A DNA stretch of 64,000 nucleotides from an uncultured Thiotrichaceae bacterium (GCA_964651445.1 CAZYYW010000001.1:173-64172), one strand, 5' to 3'. Numbered from the stretch's first letter, positions 30,267 to 39,879 are shown. Numbers and translations are program-made. The notes: generated from the sequence alone by a model not told the origin.

Positions 30267-31379
30267 TTGCATAATTTGATTGCGACACACAAAAATCAAA
30301 ACGTGCCGGAGGGTAGGATAGTGCCAAATAAAGCCATGCAACGTGTACTCAAACGAGGCAAAGAAGCAGAACAACGCATTCAGCAGAGCAGGGCGCAAGT
30401 TGCCGAATTGCAACCAGAGACCATACAACTAAAGCCTGAAACCAAGAAAGAAAGCCGCGCTCGTAATGGTATGACCAGCGAAAAAATAGTTGCGCTGGCA
30501 GAAAACGAAATCTACAAAAACGAACAGATTGGCTTATTCGACGCAATACCTGTTTCCGAGCGAAAAGTTTTTCCAACCTTACTCACACGCATTCCTATCT
30601 TCATGCCCATCACTAAGGCCAAACAAAAAAAATTATTGGATGAAGATAATGCACTGCCATTTGAAACACCATTCGGCAAGGGAAAACGTTATGGTGCTAA
30701 TTTAACCGTGTTTGATGAAGACGTACTTTACGCTTTGTCACGTTTATCCCATAAAAAACTAATCGGGCCGCACAATAACATGCCCATTAAAGTATCTAAG
30801 ATTTACAAAGCCAATAAGAAAGGCAGCGTAAATGTCGATACCGTTGTTTGCACTGTCACCAATATTCTGGATGCCCTCAGCATGTCTAAAGGCGGAAAAA
30901 TGCGTAAAGACGTTATCGATTCACTGGAACGTTTAACCTCAACCACCTTGATTTTGTCACTCAAAAAAGAAGACCGTTACCTGGGTAAATGTGAAATAGG
31001 AAAACCCATTAAACTCGTCGATATTGAATGGCAGTTGTATTCCACCGATGGCATTATTTATGCACAATTCTCACCGATAGTTACGTACTGGTTGGAAAGT
31101 GAATACACCTATATAGATTGGGAAAGCCGTCGTAAACTTAAAAATCGTCTGGCCAAAGCATTACATCGTTATCTAAGTTCTCAACCCAAAGATTTCTTTA
31201 AATTAAACAAACTTGACGACATTTCAGCCTCTATTGGTTACCACGCACGAAAATGTGACATGAAAAGTGCTTACAGCAAAGCCATTGATGAATTAATAAA
31301 AGTTGGATTTTTAATCGACGCCGAAATACTGGGAACGGGCAGGGCGGATCCTTTTAGATTGTACGCCACTAGAAAGTAA
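30267..31379 (+). CDS. putative iteron-binding plasmid replication initiator (Rep). The true start may be GTG near 30321 or ATG at 30336, which follow the RBS GGAGGG
   Basis: Position: divergent from parAB, immediately upstream of the iteron arrays and DnaA box. No unambiguous family motif recognised. Confidence 0.55.
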   Translation: MHNLIATHKNQNVPEGRIVPNKAMQRVLKRGKEAEQRIQQSRAQVAELQPETIQLKPETKKESRARNGMTSEKIVALAENEIYKNEQIGLFDAIPVSERKVFPTLLTRIPIFMPITKAKQKKLLDEDNALPFETPFGKGKRYGANLTVFDEDVLYALSRLSHKKLIGPHNNMPIKVSKIYKANKKGSVNVDTVVCTVTNILDALSMSKGGKMRKDVIDSLERLTSTTLILSLKKEDRYLGKCEIGKPIKLVDIEWQLYSTDGIIYAQFSPIVTYWLESEYTYIDWESRRKLKNRLAKALHRYLSSQPKDFFKLNKLDDISASIGYHARKCDMKSAYSKAIDELIKVGFLIDAEILGTGRADPFRLYATRK

Positions 31380-31395
31380 AGTCTGAAAAAAGCAA

Positions 31396-31521
31396 CGTAC
31401 TAAAATAGGTTTAAGGCTTCAGCAAAGCGGTATTATTACTCAAAAGCTGTGTACTAAAAACGGTTTTAGCGTTTTACAATACCGATATAAAACATAAAAA
31501 AACGTACTAATAACGGTTTTA
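31396..31521. repeat. iteron cluster A: three 19-bp direct repeats, consensus CGTACTAAnnnCGGTTTTA
   Basis: Copies begin at 31396, 31449 and 31503. Confidence 0.8.
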
Positions 31522-31622
31522 GTACTTAACAAAGAAATGAAATAACATCGTCTATAACAACATTTCTTTATTAAATCGTTGATTTTTTTAGCTATTTTCA
31601 ACATTGCTATAGTAAATAAAAT

Positions 31623-31631
31623 TTATCCACA
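31623..31631 (+). promoter_or_regulatory. consensus DnaA box TTATCCACA inside an AT-rich stretch between the two iteron clusters
   Basis: Exact 9/9 match to the DnaA box consensus, flanked by an AT-rich tract (31561-31620). Confidence 0.5.
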
Positions 31632-31638
31632 ATCGTGC

Positions 31639-31744
31639 GTACTAAATACGGTTGAACAGTGTACTAATGTCGGTTTTATAGCGTACTAACGATGGTTTTA
31701 TTGCGTACTAAAAAGGGTTTAACAACGTACTAAACACGGTTTAA
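31639..31744. repeat. iteron cluster B: five 19-bp direct repeats at 21-22 bp (two helical turn) phasing; candidate oriV
   Basis: Copies begin at 31639, 31661, 31683, 31704 and 31726, all of the form (C/T)GTACTAAnnnnGGTTnnA. Confidence 0.85.
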
Positions 31745-31907
31745 CAACAATAAGTAACAACTTAAGCTATTGATTTTATTGGTTTTATTGAACAGCTTTA
31801 AACCTTTAGTCTTGTATAGTCTTTATTAAGTCTTTCTTTAGTCAAACACAGTCAGTGTTTTATAAAAGACTTATACATAAAAAACAAACCAAGGGTGAAA
31901 GCACTTT

Positions 31908-32798
31908 TTATAAATAGTAATAAAGTTTTAATGACTCAGATAAAGGATGTGTTTTATCAATTTTGCCATCACGTGGTAAACGTATAATTTCATCCTGTTG
32001 CATTTTAAGTAAAGTTTGTTCTCCATTATGAATAACAGAACCAATACGGGATGATTGTTCAATATTATAAGGGTACAAAATAGGTAAGTAGGCGGATACT
32101 TGATCTGGACGATTTTGGCGGCGCTGTCGATCGACATAACTAATATTTGCTCGAGTATGGCAGGCTCGCTGCCGATATCGCGCAACAAAACTATTAATCG
32201 GTAATTGTTGTAATTTTTCAATGGCCGTATCGTTATTTCTTTTGGCTGCAAAAGCCAAAGCCTGCTTACGTGATAAGCGTTCAACTATATGACTACCTTT
32301 TGAAACAGTAAAACCTACCTTCAAGGGCATTTCTGCCAAGACAATAATTTTACGGGTAGACTGTTTGATGTGAAGTTGACTCAAACCAGCAGCACCCAGT
32401 GCTTCACGTATGATCGGTGAACGTTTAATTTCAGTAAAAGCACTGGCAACTAATTCATTACGGTCATTTTGTTTGAGATCTTTAATGGCTGTTTTTAAAG
32501 CAAACTTACAATGATTAACCTGTGTGACACATAATAGAGTATCGCGACTAGCCGCCATTAAACCAAAACGGGTAAATGATTCTTTTGGGTTGATACCTTT
32601 AACCAGCGTCAGTGCCTGGTAGATAGAAATAATGGCGTCACTGGCACAAAGGGATTTTTCTTCATGGTATTGAATCCATGCGGGAAGGCCATTTTTTGCG
32701 TCTAGGCGTATGTGGCTTCCCAGTGTTTCTAAAACAGTAACCAATGCTTTATAAGCATCAATTATGGCTATGCGTTTTGCTGAAAGTAGAGTATTCAT
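31908..32798 (-). CDS. hypothetical protein adjacent to oriV (replicon-associated; function unknown)
   Basis: 296-aa ORF, basic C-terminal half; no family recognised. Confidence 0.4.
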   Translation of the reverse strand: MNTLLSAKRIAIIDAYKALVTVLETLGSHIRLDAKNGLPAWIQYHEEKSLCASDAIISIYQALTLVKGINPKESFTRFGLMAASRDTLLCVTQVNHCKFALKTAIKDLKQNDRNELVASAFTEIKRSPIIREALGAAGLSQLHIKQSTRKIIVLAEMPLKVGFTVSKGSHIVERLSRKQALAFAAKRNNDTAIEKLQQLPINSFVARYRQRACHTRANISYVDRQRRQNRPDQVSAYLPILYPYNIEQSSRIGSVIHNGEQTLLKMQQDEIIRLPRDGKIDKTHPLSESLKLYYYL

Positions 32799-32822
32799 TA
32801 TTGCACCGAATATTTTATAGCG

Positions 32823-32941
32823 TATATTTATACATTCATAATATAGCGGAATAGTGAGTAAGTAAAGTCTTGTTATATCTTTAGTTTTTATGTTTTCAGA
32901 TTTATTAATTAAGTGAGTATGTTTATGAATGTATAAATATA
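32823..32941. repeat. perfect 18-bp inverted repeat pair (TATATTTATACATTCATA ... TATGAATGTATAAATATA) flanking 83 bp in a divergent promoter region
   Basis: Arms at 32823-32840 and 32924-32941 are exact reverse complements. Confidence 0.6.
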
Positions 32942-33055
32942 CATATTGTTACAATAGGGCATATCTCTTGCATGTTAGTATTAAGCTACACAACAAGAAC
33001 TTAAACTAGTTTGACTATTTGATAGTGAGAACAACACTAATCTGCGTAACCTTAT

Positions 33056-33547
33056 ATGTACCATATGATTAAAACTTTACTCGCTGGCTTGTTATTTATT
33101 GGATGTTCATCCTCGGTACTGGCAACAGAGAAAGAGGTTTGGCAGTGCAAGGATTTACATACTACAAATAACGAAATTATTGTTACCGCAACTGCGTTTA
33201 AAACCTCTAATCACGGTCTTATCTCGGTAGCAGGTACGGAACAAACGGCACACTATGAAGTCGCTGGTTTCAACCGGCAGTGGAAATTTGGTAGTAAATC
33301 TACGGATAATTCATTTAAGTATTTATTCAGAATAAACCCTAACGGTGTCGCACATTATTTTGATATCTCTGATACAAAGGAAGGGGAGAGTATTGAATCT
33401 GAGATGGTTTTAATTTGCAACCAAACAGGATCTGCCTGGTCAACTAATGTACGCAGTAAACCACGTGATTCACACCGAGATTCTGTGAACTCTATTAACG
33501 CTGTGCCCTGCTTACCAGGATTACTGGTAATAAACTATAGTGAATAA
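33056..33547 (+). CDS. hypothetical secreted protein (signal peptide)
   Basis: N-terminal hydrophobic signal LLAGLLFIGCSSSVLA. Confidence 0.4.
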   Translation: MYHMIKTLLAGLLFIGCSSSVLATEKEVWQCKDLHTTNNEIIVTATAFKTSNHGLISVAGTEQTAHYEVAGFNRQWKFGSKSTDNSFKYLFRINPNGVAHYFDISDTKEGESIESEMVLICNQTGSAWSTNVRSKPRDSHRDSVNSINAVPCLPGLLVINYSE

Positions 33548-33813
33548 TTAAAGGGCAACTTAAATATTTTTCTCTAGTTTTGAACCTACATGTTATAGTT
33601 TTTCCCTGCCATACAAATACTCTTTGTAGTGGAAGTCGTTACTAATTTAAAATAATTATGACACTAATTCGTACTTCTATAAATACGGACGATGATGTGA
33701 CTTACACAAATAATGACCGCTCTGTATTGCTGCATCACTCTACATTGCAGGTGTTGGCACAATCGTTATAGCGTTATATAATCGCGTTATGTAATTAGCA
33801 TAAAATCATATAA

Positions 33814-34107
33814 ATGAGAAATCAACCGCACAAGAAGATACGCATTGCATGGCTAATAAGCTTGTTCCTGCTTATTAGCCAATTTGGTGTAATCCTTCAC
33901 GCTACAGAACACCCGTTCCATGCTGATGATGCTTCGTGCCAACAATTTCTGTTTTGCGAAAAATCAGGCAACGCTCTTATTTCTCATGATTTACAGTCAT
34001 TTCCTCAGGCTAATCATGTATTGGTTATCAGCCAGACAGTTACCGCCTGCTTTTCCTCACCACAAACGGCATATTACGCCCGCGCCCCACCTTTTCGTAC
34101 TCACTAA
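33814..34107 (+). CDS. small secreted His/Cys-containing protein upstream of the metal-uptake genes
   Basis: Signal peptide; HATEHPFHADDASCQQFLFCE. Confidence 0.35.
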   Translation: MRNQPHKKIRIAWLISLFLLISQFGVILHATEHPFHADDASCQQFLFCEKSGNALISHDLQSFPQANHVLVISQTVTACFSSPQTAYYARAPPFRTH

Positions 34108-34169
34108 CATTAATCACTAAAAATTAGTTTTTATTAATTTATCGACAGCAACCATCTGGTGACTGTGGT

Positions 34170-35537
34170 GTGTCTTATCGTTTACGGAAAATTCTCATGC
34201 ATAAAACATTACTTATGACTGTAATATCAGTAGCATTATTTAATTCAAATCAGGCTTATGCCAACACTGAAGCAGCGGTATCCGAACAGAATTTCGATGC
34301 CCTTAAAAAGGCGTATGAAAAGCGCTTGGCAAATTTAGAAGAGCGACTATTAAAAACCGAACAAAATCAGCTTGTAGGCAGCGCTGTAACCGCACCAAAT
34401 AACTTTAACCCATCCATTAGTTTGATTCTTGATGGCCGTTTTTCCAGTTTTGACCAAGACCCATCACATTATGAATTACCCGGTTTTTCTTTAGGTGGTG
34501 AAGCAGGTTTAGACGAAAAGGGTTTTGCTGTTGGCCACACTGAACTCATAATGAGTGCCAATATAGATGATAAATTCTATGGCAAAATGACACTCGCGCT
34601 GGCAGAACATGATGGCGCAACCGAAGTAGAGCTGGAAGAAGCATTCATTCAAACATTGGGGTTGGGTAGTGGCTTGACATTAAAAGCAGGGCGCTTCTTT
34701 TCGGCAATCGGCTATTTAAATCAGCAGCATGCGCATTTCTGGGATTTTGCAGATGCGCCTTTGATATATCGAGGCCTGTTTGGAAATCAACTGATCGATG
34801 ACGGCCTGCAAGTGACCTGGATTGCCCCCACAGATATTTATCTACAGCTGGGCGCAGAAGCGTTGAGTGGAAACCGCTTCCCTGCAGGTGGTAGTCAGGA
34901 TGATATTGGTGCCTGGACAACATTTGTCGATATCGGTGGTGATATTGGCATTGAGCATAGCTGGCAATTAGGTTTTAGTCATTGGCAGGCAAATAGTATC
35001 AAAGATCGGCAAAGTGGTGGTCATGCACATGGCGGTGGAGCCACCACGGAGACACCTTCATTTAGTGGTGATAGCAAAGTCAATGCGCTTGATCTGGTGT
35101 ATAAATGGGCGCCTGATGGCAACACTGTAAATCAGGGATTCAAATTTCAATTTGAATATTTTGATCGCAAGGAAAACGGTGTGGTCGATATGCTTAACAG
35201 CGGTCCACCTGTAGAAACGAGTACTTATGATGGCCATCAAAAAGGTTGGTATGCACAGGCGATTTACAAATTTAGACCCCAATGGCAGGTAGGTTTACGC
35301 TACGACCAGTTGGACAGCAATAATAGCGGTTCTGATGCGGGTGTATTAGCCGAAGCGGGACTGGACAATGAGGGTCACACACCAAAACGCAGCAGTGTTA
35401 TGGTGGAGTGGTTGCCCAGTGAGTTCAGTCGGATACGTCTGCAATATAATCAGGATAAGTCCAGTGAACATACCGACAATCAACTATTTCTGCAATACAC
35501 CATGAGCCTTGGCAGTCACGGCGCGCACCAGTTCTAG
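34170..35537 (+). CDS. outer-membrane beta-barrel protein with an N-terminal periplasmic coiled coil (DcaP-like architecture)
   Basis: Signal peptide; coiled-coil LKKAYEKRLANLEERLLKTEQNQ; alternating beta strands; C-terminal aromatic residue (...AHQF). Confidence 0.6.
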   Translation: MSYRLRKILMHKTLLMTVISVALFNSNQAYANTEAAVSEQNFDALKKAYEKRLANLEERLLKTEQNQLVGSAVTAPNNFNPSISLILDGRFSSFDQDPSHYELPGFSLGGEAGLDEKGFAVGHTELIMSANIDDKFYGKMTLALAEHDGATEVELEEAFIQTLGLGSGLTLKAGRFFSAIGYLNQQHAHFWDFADAPLIYRGLFGNQLIDDGLQVTWIAPTDIYLQLGAEALSGNRFPAGGSQDDIGAWTTFVDIGGDIGIEHSWQLGFSHWQANSIKDRQSGGHAHGGGATTETPSFSGDSKVNALDLVYKWAPDGNTVNQGFKFQFEYFDRKENGVVDMLNSGPPVETSTYDGHQKGWYAQAIYKFRPQWQVGLRYDQLDSNNSGSDAGVLAEAGLDNEGHTPKRSSVMVEWLPSEFSRIRLQYNQDKSSEHTDNQLFLQYTMSLGSHGAHQF

Positions 35538-35549
35538 GAGGCGGTATTT

Positions 35550-36449
35550 ATGATTTATCAAGCTATAAAACTACTGTTCGCAATCTTGCTTGTATTGGTT
35601 TTTTCAAACACAGCTTTTGCCAAAATTAATGTCTTTGCTTGTGTACCAGAGTGGGCGGCACTAACACAGGAACTGGGTGGCGATGCGGTGAAGGTATTCA
35701 GTGCGACCACCGCTCGGCAAGACCCTCATCGCATTCAGGCGCGTCCGAGTTTGATTGCTAGAGTACGCAATGCAGATTTACTGGTATGCACCGGTGCAGA
35801 GCTGGAAGTAGGCTGGTTACCCTTGTTGTTGCGTAAGTCAGGAAATGGCAATATTTTGCACGGGCAGGTAGGGTATTTTATGGCTGCCGAGCAGGTTTCC
35901 TTACTGGAAAAACCGCAGGTCCTTGACCGCAGTCTGGGGCATATCCATGCCGCCGGAAATCCGCACATTCACCTAGACCCTCATCGCATCTTGCTAATAG
36001 CCGCTGCGCTAAGCAAGCGGCTGACACAACTGGATGCAAAAAACAGCGTGCTGTATCAAAAGAATCTGCACGATTTCACGCAGCGTTGGCAGCAATCCAT
36101 CACTCAATGGGAGCAGCGTGCTCAAAGCTTGCGTGGTAAACGGATTGTGGTTAGTCATAATAGTTGGGTGTATCTGGAACAATGGTTGGGTTTGCAAAGG
36201 GTTGCCACCTTGGAGCCTAAACCGGGGGTTCCACCGAGCAGTGCACACCTAGGCCGGGTGCTCAACACGTTAAAGAAAGAACCCGCGGTTATGATTTTAT
36301 ATGCCAGTTCTCAGAGTAATAAATCTGCCCACTGGTTGTCAAAAAAGACTGGGATTACAGCCGTCAGTCTGGCTTTTAGTCCTTCTGAAAATGAAACTTT
36401 AACGCAGTGGTTTGAACAAATTGTCAATCAACTACTAGAGTCTAAATAA
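35550..36449 (+). CDS. ZnuA/TroA-family periplasmic metal-binding protein
   Basis: Signal peptide; His-rich metal motifs LGHIHAAGNPHIHLDPH; cluster 9 fold-like. Confidence 0.7.
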   Translation: MIYQAIKLLFAILLVLVFSNTAFAKINVFACVPEWAALTQELGGDAVKVFSATTARQDPHRIQARPSLIARVRNADLLVCTGAELEVGWLPLLLRKSGNGNILHGQVGYFMAAEQVSLLEKPQVLDRSLGHIHAAGNPHIHLDPHRILLIAAALSKRLTQLDAKNSVLYQKNLHDFTQRWQQSITQWEQRAQSLRGKRIVVSHNSWVYLEQWLGLQRVATLEPKPGVPPSSAHLGRVLNTLKKEPAVMILYASSQSNKSAHWLSKKTGITAVSLAFSPSENETLTQWFEQIVNQLLESK

Positions 36450-37210
36450 TGAGTTTTGAGGGGCTGGAATTTTCTATCCTCGGACCGGCGTTTATTGCGG
36501 GTCTACTGGTACTGGCAAGCCATGTTCCATTGGGGCAGGAAGTGCTTAGGCGTGGCATTATTTTTATTGATCTGGCAATTGCCCAAGTTGCGGGGCTGGG
36601 AATTATCGCCGCCTATCGCTTCGGCTGGCAAACACATGGCTGGGAAGTGCAATTGGTGGCGGTAAGCAGTGCTTTACTCGCAGCGCTGGTATTGAGCTGG
36701 TTGGAGAAACACTACCAACAATTTCAAGAAGCACTTATCGGGGTCACCTTTATTTTGGCTGCAAGCGCCAGTGTATTATTGTTGGCGGATAACCCGCACG
36801 GTGGTGAATCGCTAAAAGACTTACTGGTGGGACAAATTCTGTGGATTACCTGGGATCAGCTGCTACCAACAGCCCTGGTAACAGGCTTCATTCTTCTTAT
36901 TTACCTCAACTTTCGACAACGCTTAAAACATCTTGGATTTTACCTGTTGTTTGCATTGGCAGTGACCAGCTCCGTGCAGTTGGTTGGCATTTATCTGGTT
37001 TTTGCCAGCCTGATTATTCCTGCGCTAGGCAGTGCAGGGCACAAAAAAGCATTGCTGGCGGGTTATATCATAGGGGGTTCTGGTTATGGATTGGGTTTGA
37101 TCGCGTCGTCGCTTCTGGATCTACCCAGTGGCGTTGTTATTGTCTGGAGCATTGCCATCGTTGCCTTACTTTTTAAACTCCTTACAAAAAGTCAAAGTAC
37201 CCAAACCTGA
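36449..37210 (+). CDS. ZnuB-like ABC-3 family metal permease
   Basis: About 8 TM segments; resembles the ZnuB N-terminus (PLGQEVLRRGIIFIDLAIAQVAGLG); start overlaps the znuA-like stop. Confidence 0.7.
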   Translation: MSFEGLEFSILGPAFIAGLLVLASHVPLGQEVLRRGIIFIDLAIAQVAGLGIIAAYRFGWQTHGWEVQLVAVSSALLAALVLSWLEKHYQQFQEALIGVTFILAASASVLLLADNPHGGESLKDLLVGQILWITWDQLLPTALVTGFILLIYLNFRQRLKHLGFYLLFALAVTSSVQLVGIYLVFASLIIPALGSAGHKKALLAGYIIGGSGYGLGLIASSLLDLPSGVVIVWSIAIVALLFKLLTKSQSTQT

Positions 37211-37433
37211 CAGGGAACGTCATATTATTTAACACAAAATAAACATAAAAACATGCACATGTGAAAAACAATCAATATTGACAACGGCTTAGTGTTGTAC
37301 GGTAGTAACGCTATACTTACTGTGTAAGATGGACATTTCCTTCGTTTTAATCAAATCCTGTGATGCCCGTTAAATTAGCCATCTATAGAGTTAGGTGTCA
37401 ATTATATGCCCTCATCATTAACGCGTGAACTGT

Positions 37434-38471
37434 TTACTCTGCATCATTATTAATTAGCGGAAAGTGCAAACTTCCAGCCGCTTTTCGCATTTCTTTTATT
37501 TCTCGACGATCATAATTGGCGGTTGTTTTAGGGTCACTATGGCCCGCTAAAGCCTGCGCCATTCTAAGATCACCGGTTTCTTCTAAAATGGTAGAGATAA
37601 ATGTCTTCCTGAAATCATGTGGTGAAATCTCAGCTATACCTGCCTCAGATTGGCGTTTTTTAACGACATTGTAGATTGCCTGATCGGATAGTCGACCGGC
37701 TTGAATTTTTCCATTTTTAAGAACGCGGTAGAAGAGGGCACCATCATGATCACCGCGAAGTTCTAACCACTGTTTAACCGCTATCACTGTGCCATCATCT
37801 AAAAACAACATGCGCTCTTTATTGCCTTTACCGATCACGCTGGCTTCCTTTAATTCAAGATCAATGTCCTCTACATTTAGATCTGCCACTTCAGAACGAC
37901 GCAAACCACCGATGTACATCAAGCCAAAAATAGCCAGGTCTCTATAGGCAGCTGGTGACCGTTTTTCTGGGCTGTCATCCTTTTTGTTTTTAACTTTTAA
38001 GAAATCGTTTAAGCACGCATCGACCAATGCCTTAATCTCTCCTTGACTCATCATCCGTCCTGTTGGCAAGCGAACACCTGCAACCATTTTCACCAACATA
38101 AGACGTTGGTAATCATCCGCTGACATTAATTTCATCGCCATCGCAGCCCTCACGGTGCCACGAACGGCTGAAATAATAGCGTTAATAGTGGTATGAGCGT
38201 ATTTTTGTTGCTGTAACACGCCAATAAGCGTTTGCAGGTGTTCATACTGAATCGAAGCCCAGGGTGTATGTTGATAACCTTCATAATCAAACAAGATGGC
38301 TATTTTATTCATATGACTTTTTACCATACGCTTGGTCGCTTCAGATTTTCCTGACAGATAAGTATCGACCGGGTTGGCGTATATAGAAACTTCACCGTGT
38401 AAAGTCGGTAATGCAGGAATCTCTTTTGAGCTGCTTTTTATTGAGGTGAATCTAGAATCACGACGCGCCAT
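37434..38471 (-). CDS. tyrosine site-specific recombinase / integrase
   Basis: C-terminal catalytic region HDFRKTF...LAGHSDPKTTANYD (R, H-x-x-R, Y). Confidence 0.85.
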   Translation of the reverse strand: MARRDSRFTSIKSSSKEIPALPTLHGEVSIYANPVDTYLSGKSEATKRMVKSHMNKIAILFDYEGYQHTPWASIQYEHLQTLIGVLQQQKYAHTTINAIISAVRGTVRAAMAMKLMSADDYQRLMLVKMVAGVRLPTGRMMSQGEIKALVDACLNDFLKVKNKKDDSPEKRSPAAYRDLAIFGLMYIGGLRRSEVADLNVEDIDLELKEASVIGKGNKERMLFLDDGTVIAVKQWLELRGDHDGALFYRVLKNGKIQAGRLSDQAIYNVVKKRQSEAGIAEISPHDFRKTFISTILEETGDLRMAQALAGHSDPKTTANYDRREIKEMRKAAGSLHFPLINNDAE

Positions 38472-38497
38472 TTAATCACTCTTTGTTATTATTCAGG

Positions 38498-39598
38498 TTA
38501 GTCGATGAGCAACGAATAACGGGTGCTGCGACCACCACCTGGTTCTTTTTGTAATACACCGCGCTGCATTAGATCGAGGATATCGCGATAAGCGGTATCT
38601 TGAGAACACTTTGTCATCTTTGCCCATTTTGAGGTACTTAGCTTGCCTTCAAAATCATCCAGTAATCGATTTAAAACTTTTATCTGTCGCTGGTTAAAAG
38701 GTACTTTAGCAAAGCGCTCCCAGAAACGAGCCTTTGCCAGAACATCGCTTAAGGTGTCTTGTGTACCCTCGATTGCGCGTAATAGGCAATTTAAAAACCA
38801 CTGTTGCCAGCGACTGACATCAAGCTCACCTTTTTGTGTCCATTCCAACACATTGTAATAATCTTTTTGTTGAAGACGGATTTGTGCTGACATACTATAA
38901 AAACGTTGGCCTGTTTTTTCTGAGCGAGCGAGAGCCATATCTGCTATCGCGCGAGCAATACGACCATTGCCATCGTCAAACGGGTGAATAGTAACAAACC
39001 ATAGATGAGCCAGACCCGCTATGAGCAGTGGGTCGATGTCTCCAGGATGCTCAAACCAGTGCAGAAATTCTTCTATCTCATTAGAGACACTTTTGGCTGC
39101 TGGCGCTTCGTAATGCACTTTTTCATGCCCAATTGCACCTGAAACCACCTGCATTGGACCTGTAGTGTCATCTCGCCATTGCCCTACACGGATTTTATTC
39201 ATGCCACTTCTGCCCGTTGGAAATAGTGCAGCATGCCAGCCGAATAACCGCTCTTCAGTCAGTGCATCACAATATCTCCCTGTTGCATCAAGCATCATCT
39301 CAACCACACCCTCAACATTCCGCTCAGCAGAGACAAGTCCCTCTATATTCATACCGAGTCTGCGCGCGATTGATGAGCGTACTTGCTCTGGTTGAAGGTT
39401 TTCGCCTTCAATTTCACTTGTCTTAACAACATCTTCCGTCAGGATGCGGAGATGCGCTTCGTTCGATAATTCAAATCCGAGTGCCTCCATTCTGCCCAGC
39501 AGCCGACCTTGTTCACGTGACACTTGTGTCAATAGTTTTGTTATACGGCTGTCATCCCAGGTAAAAGTCGGCCAATCAGATTTCTGCCATAAATACAT
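38498..39598 (-). CDS. Fic/DOC family protein (adenylyltransferase-type FIC motif) with a C-terminal winged-helix
   Basis: FIC motif HPFDDGNGRIARA. Confidence 0.85.
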   Translation of the reverse strand: MYLWQKSDWPTFTWDDSRITKLLTQVSREQGRLLGRMEALGFELSNEAHLRILTEDVVKTSEIEGENLQPEQVRSSIARRLGMNIEGLVSAERNVEGVVEMMLDATGRYCDALTEERLFGWHAALFPTGRSGMNKIRVGQWRDDTTGPMQVVSGAIGHEKVHYEAPAAKSVSNEIEEFLHWFEHPGDIDPLLIAGLAHLWFVTIHPFDDGNGRIARAIADMALARSEKTGQRFYSMSAQIRLQQKDYYNVLEWTQKGELDVSRWQQWFLNCLLRAIEGTQDTLSDVLAKARFWERFAKVPFNQRQIKVLNRLLDDFEGKLSTSKWAKMTKCSQDTAYRDILDLMQRGVLQKEPGGGRSTRYSLLID

Positions 39599-39879
39599 TA
39601 TAATCTCCGCATGTTACGCGGATATAATGACTGATAATCACCGCATACGCAAGAGTATTCTCATTATTACTTGCGGAGAATAACTGCCGTAATCTCCGCA
39701 TAAGCCGTACAACATATATTAACATTACTTTTGATAATGTATATTATCATAAGTAATAATACAAGAACAATATCTTCGTCAGCAGGTTAATGAAGGCACG
39801 TAAGAAAAATATCTAACTTTTACAGAAGATACTAGCGTATTCATAGAACACTCTACAATATAGAGTAATACAAGCAAAC

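Noticed and set aside
31639-31744. Regularly spaced short repeats that could be mistaken for a CRISPR array
   Set aside because: The repeats are 19 bp with only about 3-bp spacers and no cas genes. The context (rep gene, DnaA box) identifies them as iterons.
36456-37176. ORFs 36456-36665 and 36841-37176 in alternative frames of the ZnuB-like gene
   Set aside because: Same-strand alternative frames inside a polytopic permease gene. The translations are Trp/Arg-rich frame artefacts.
37211-37433. Possible att site or tRNA next to the integrase
   Set aside because: No tRNA-like cloverleaf and no convincing direct repeat matching the other island edge could be found by eye.
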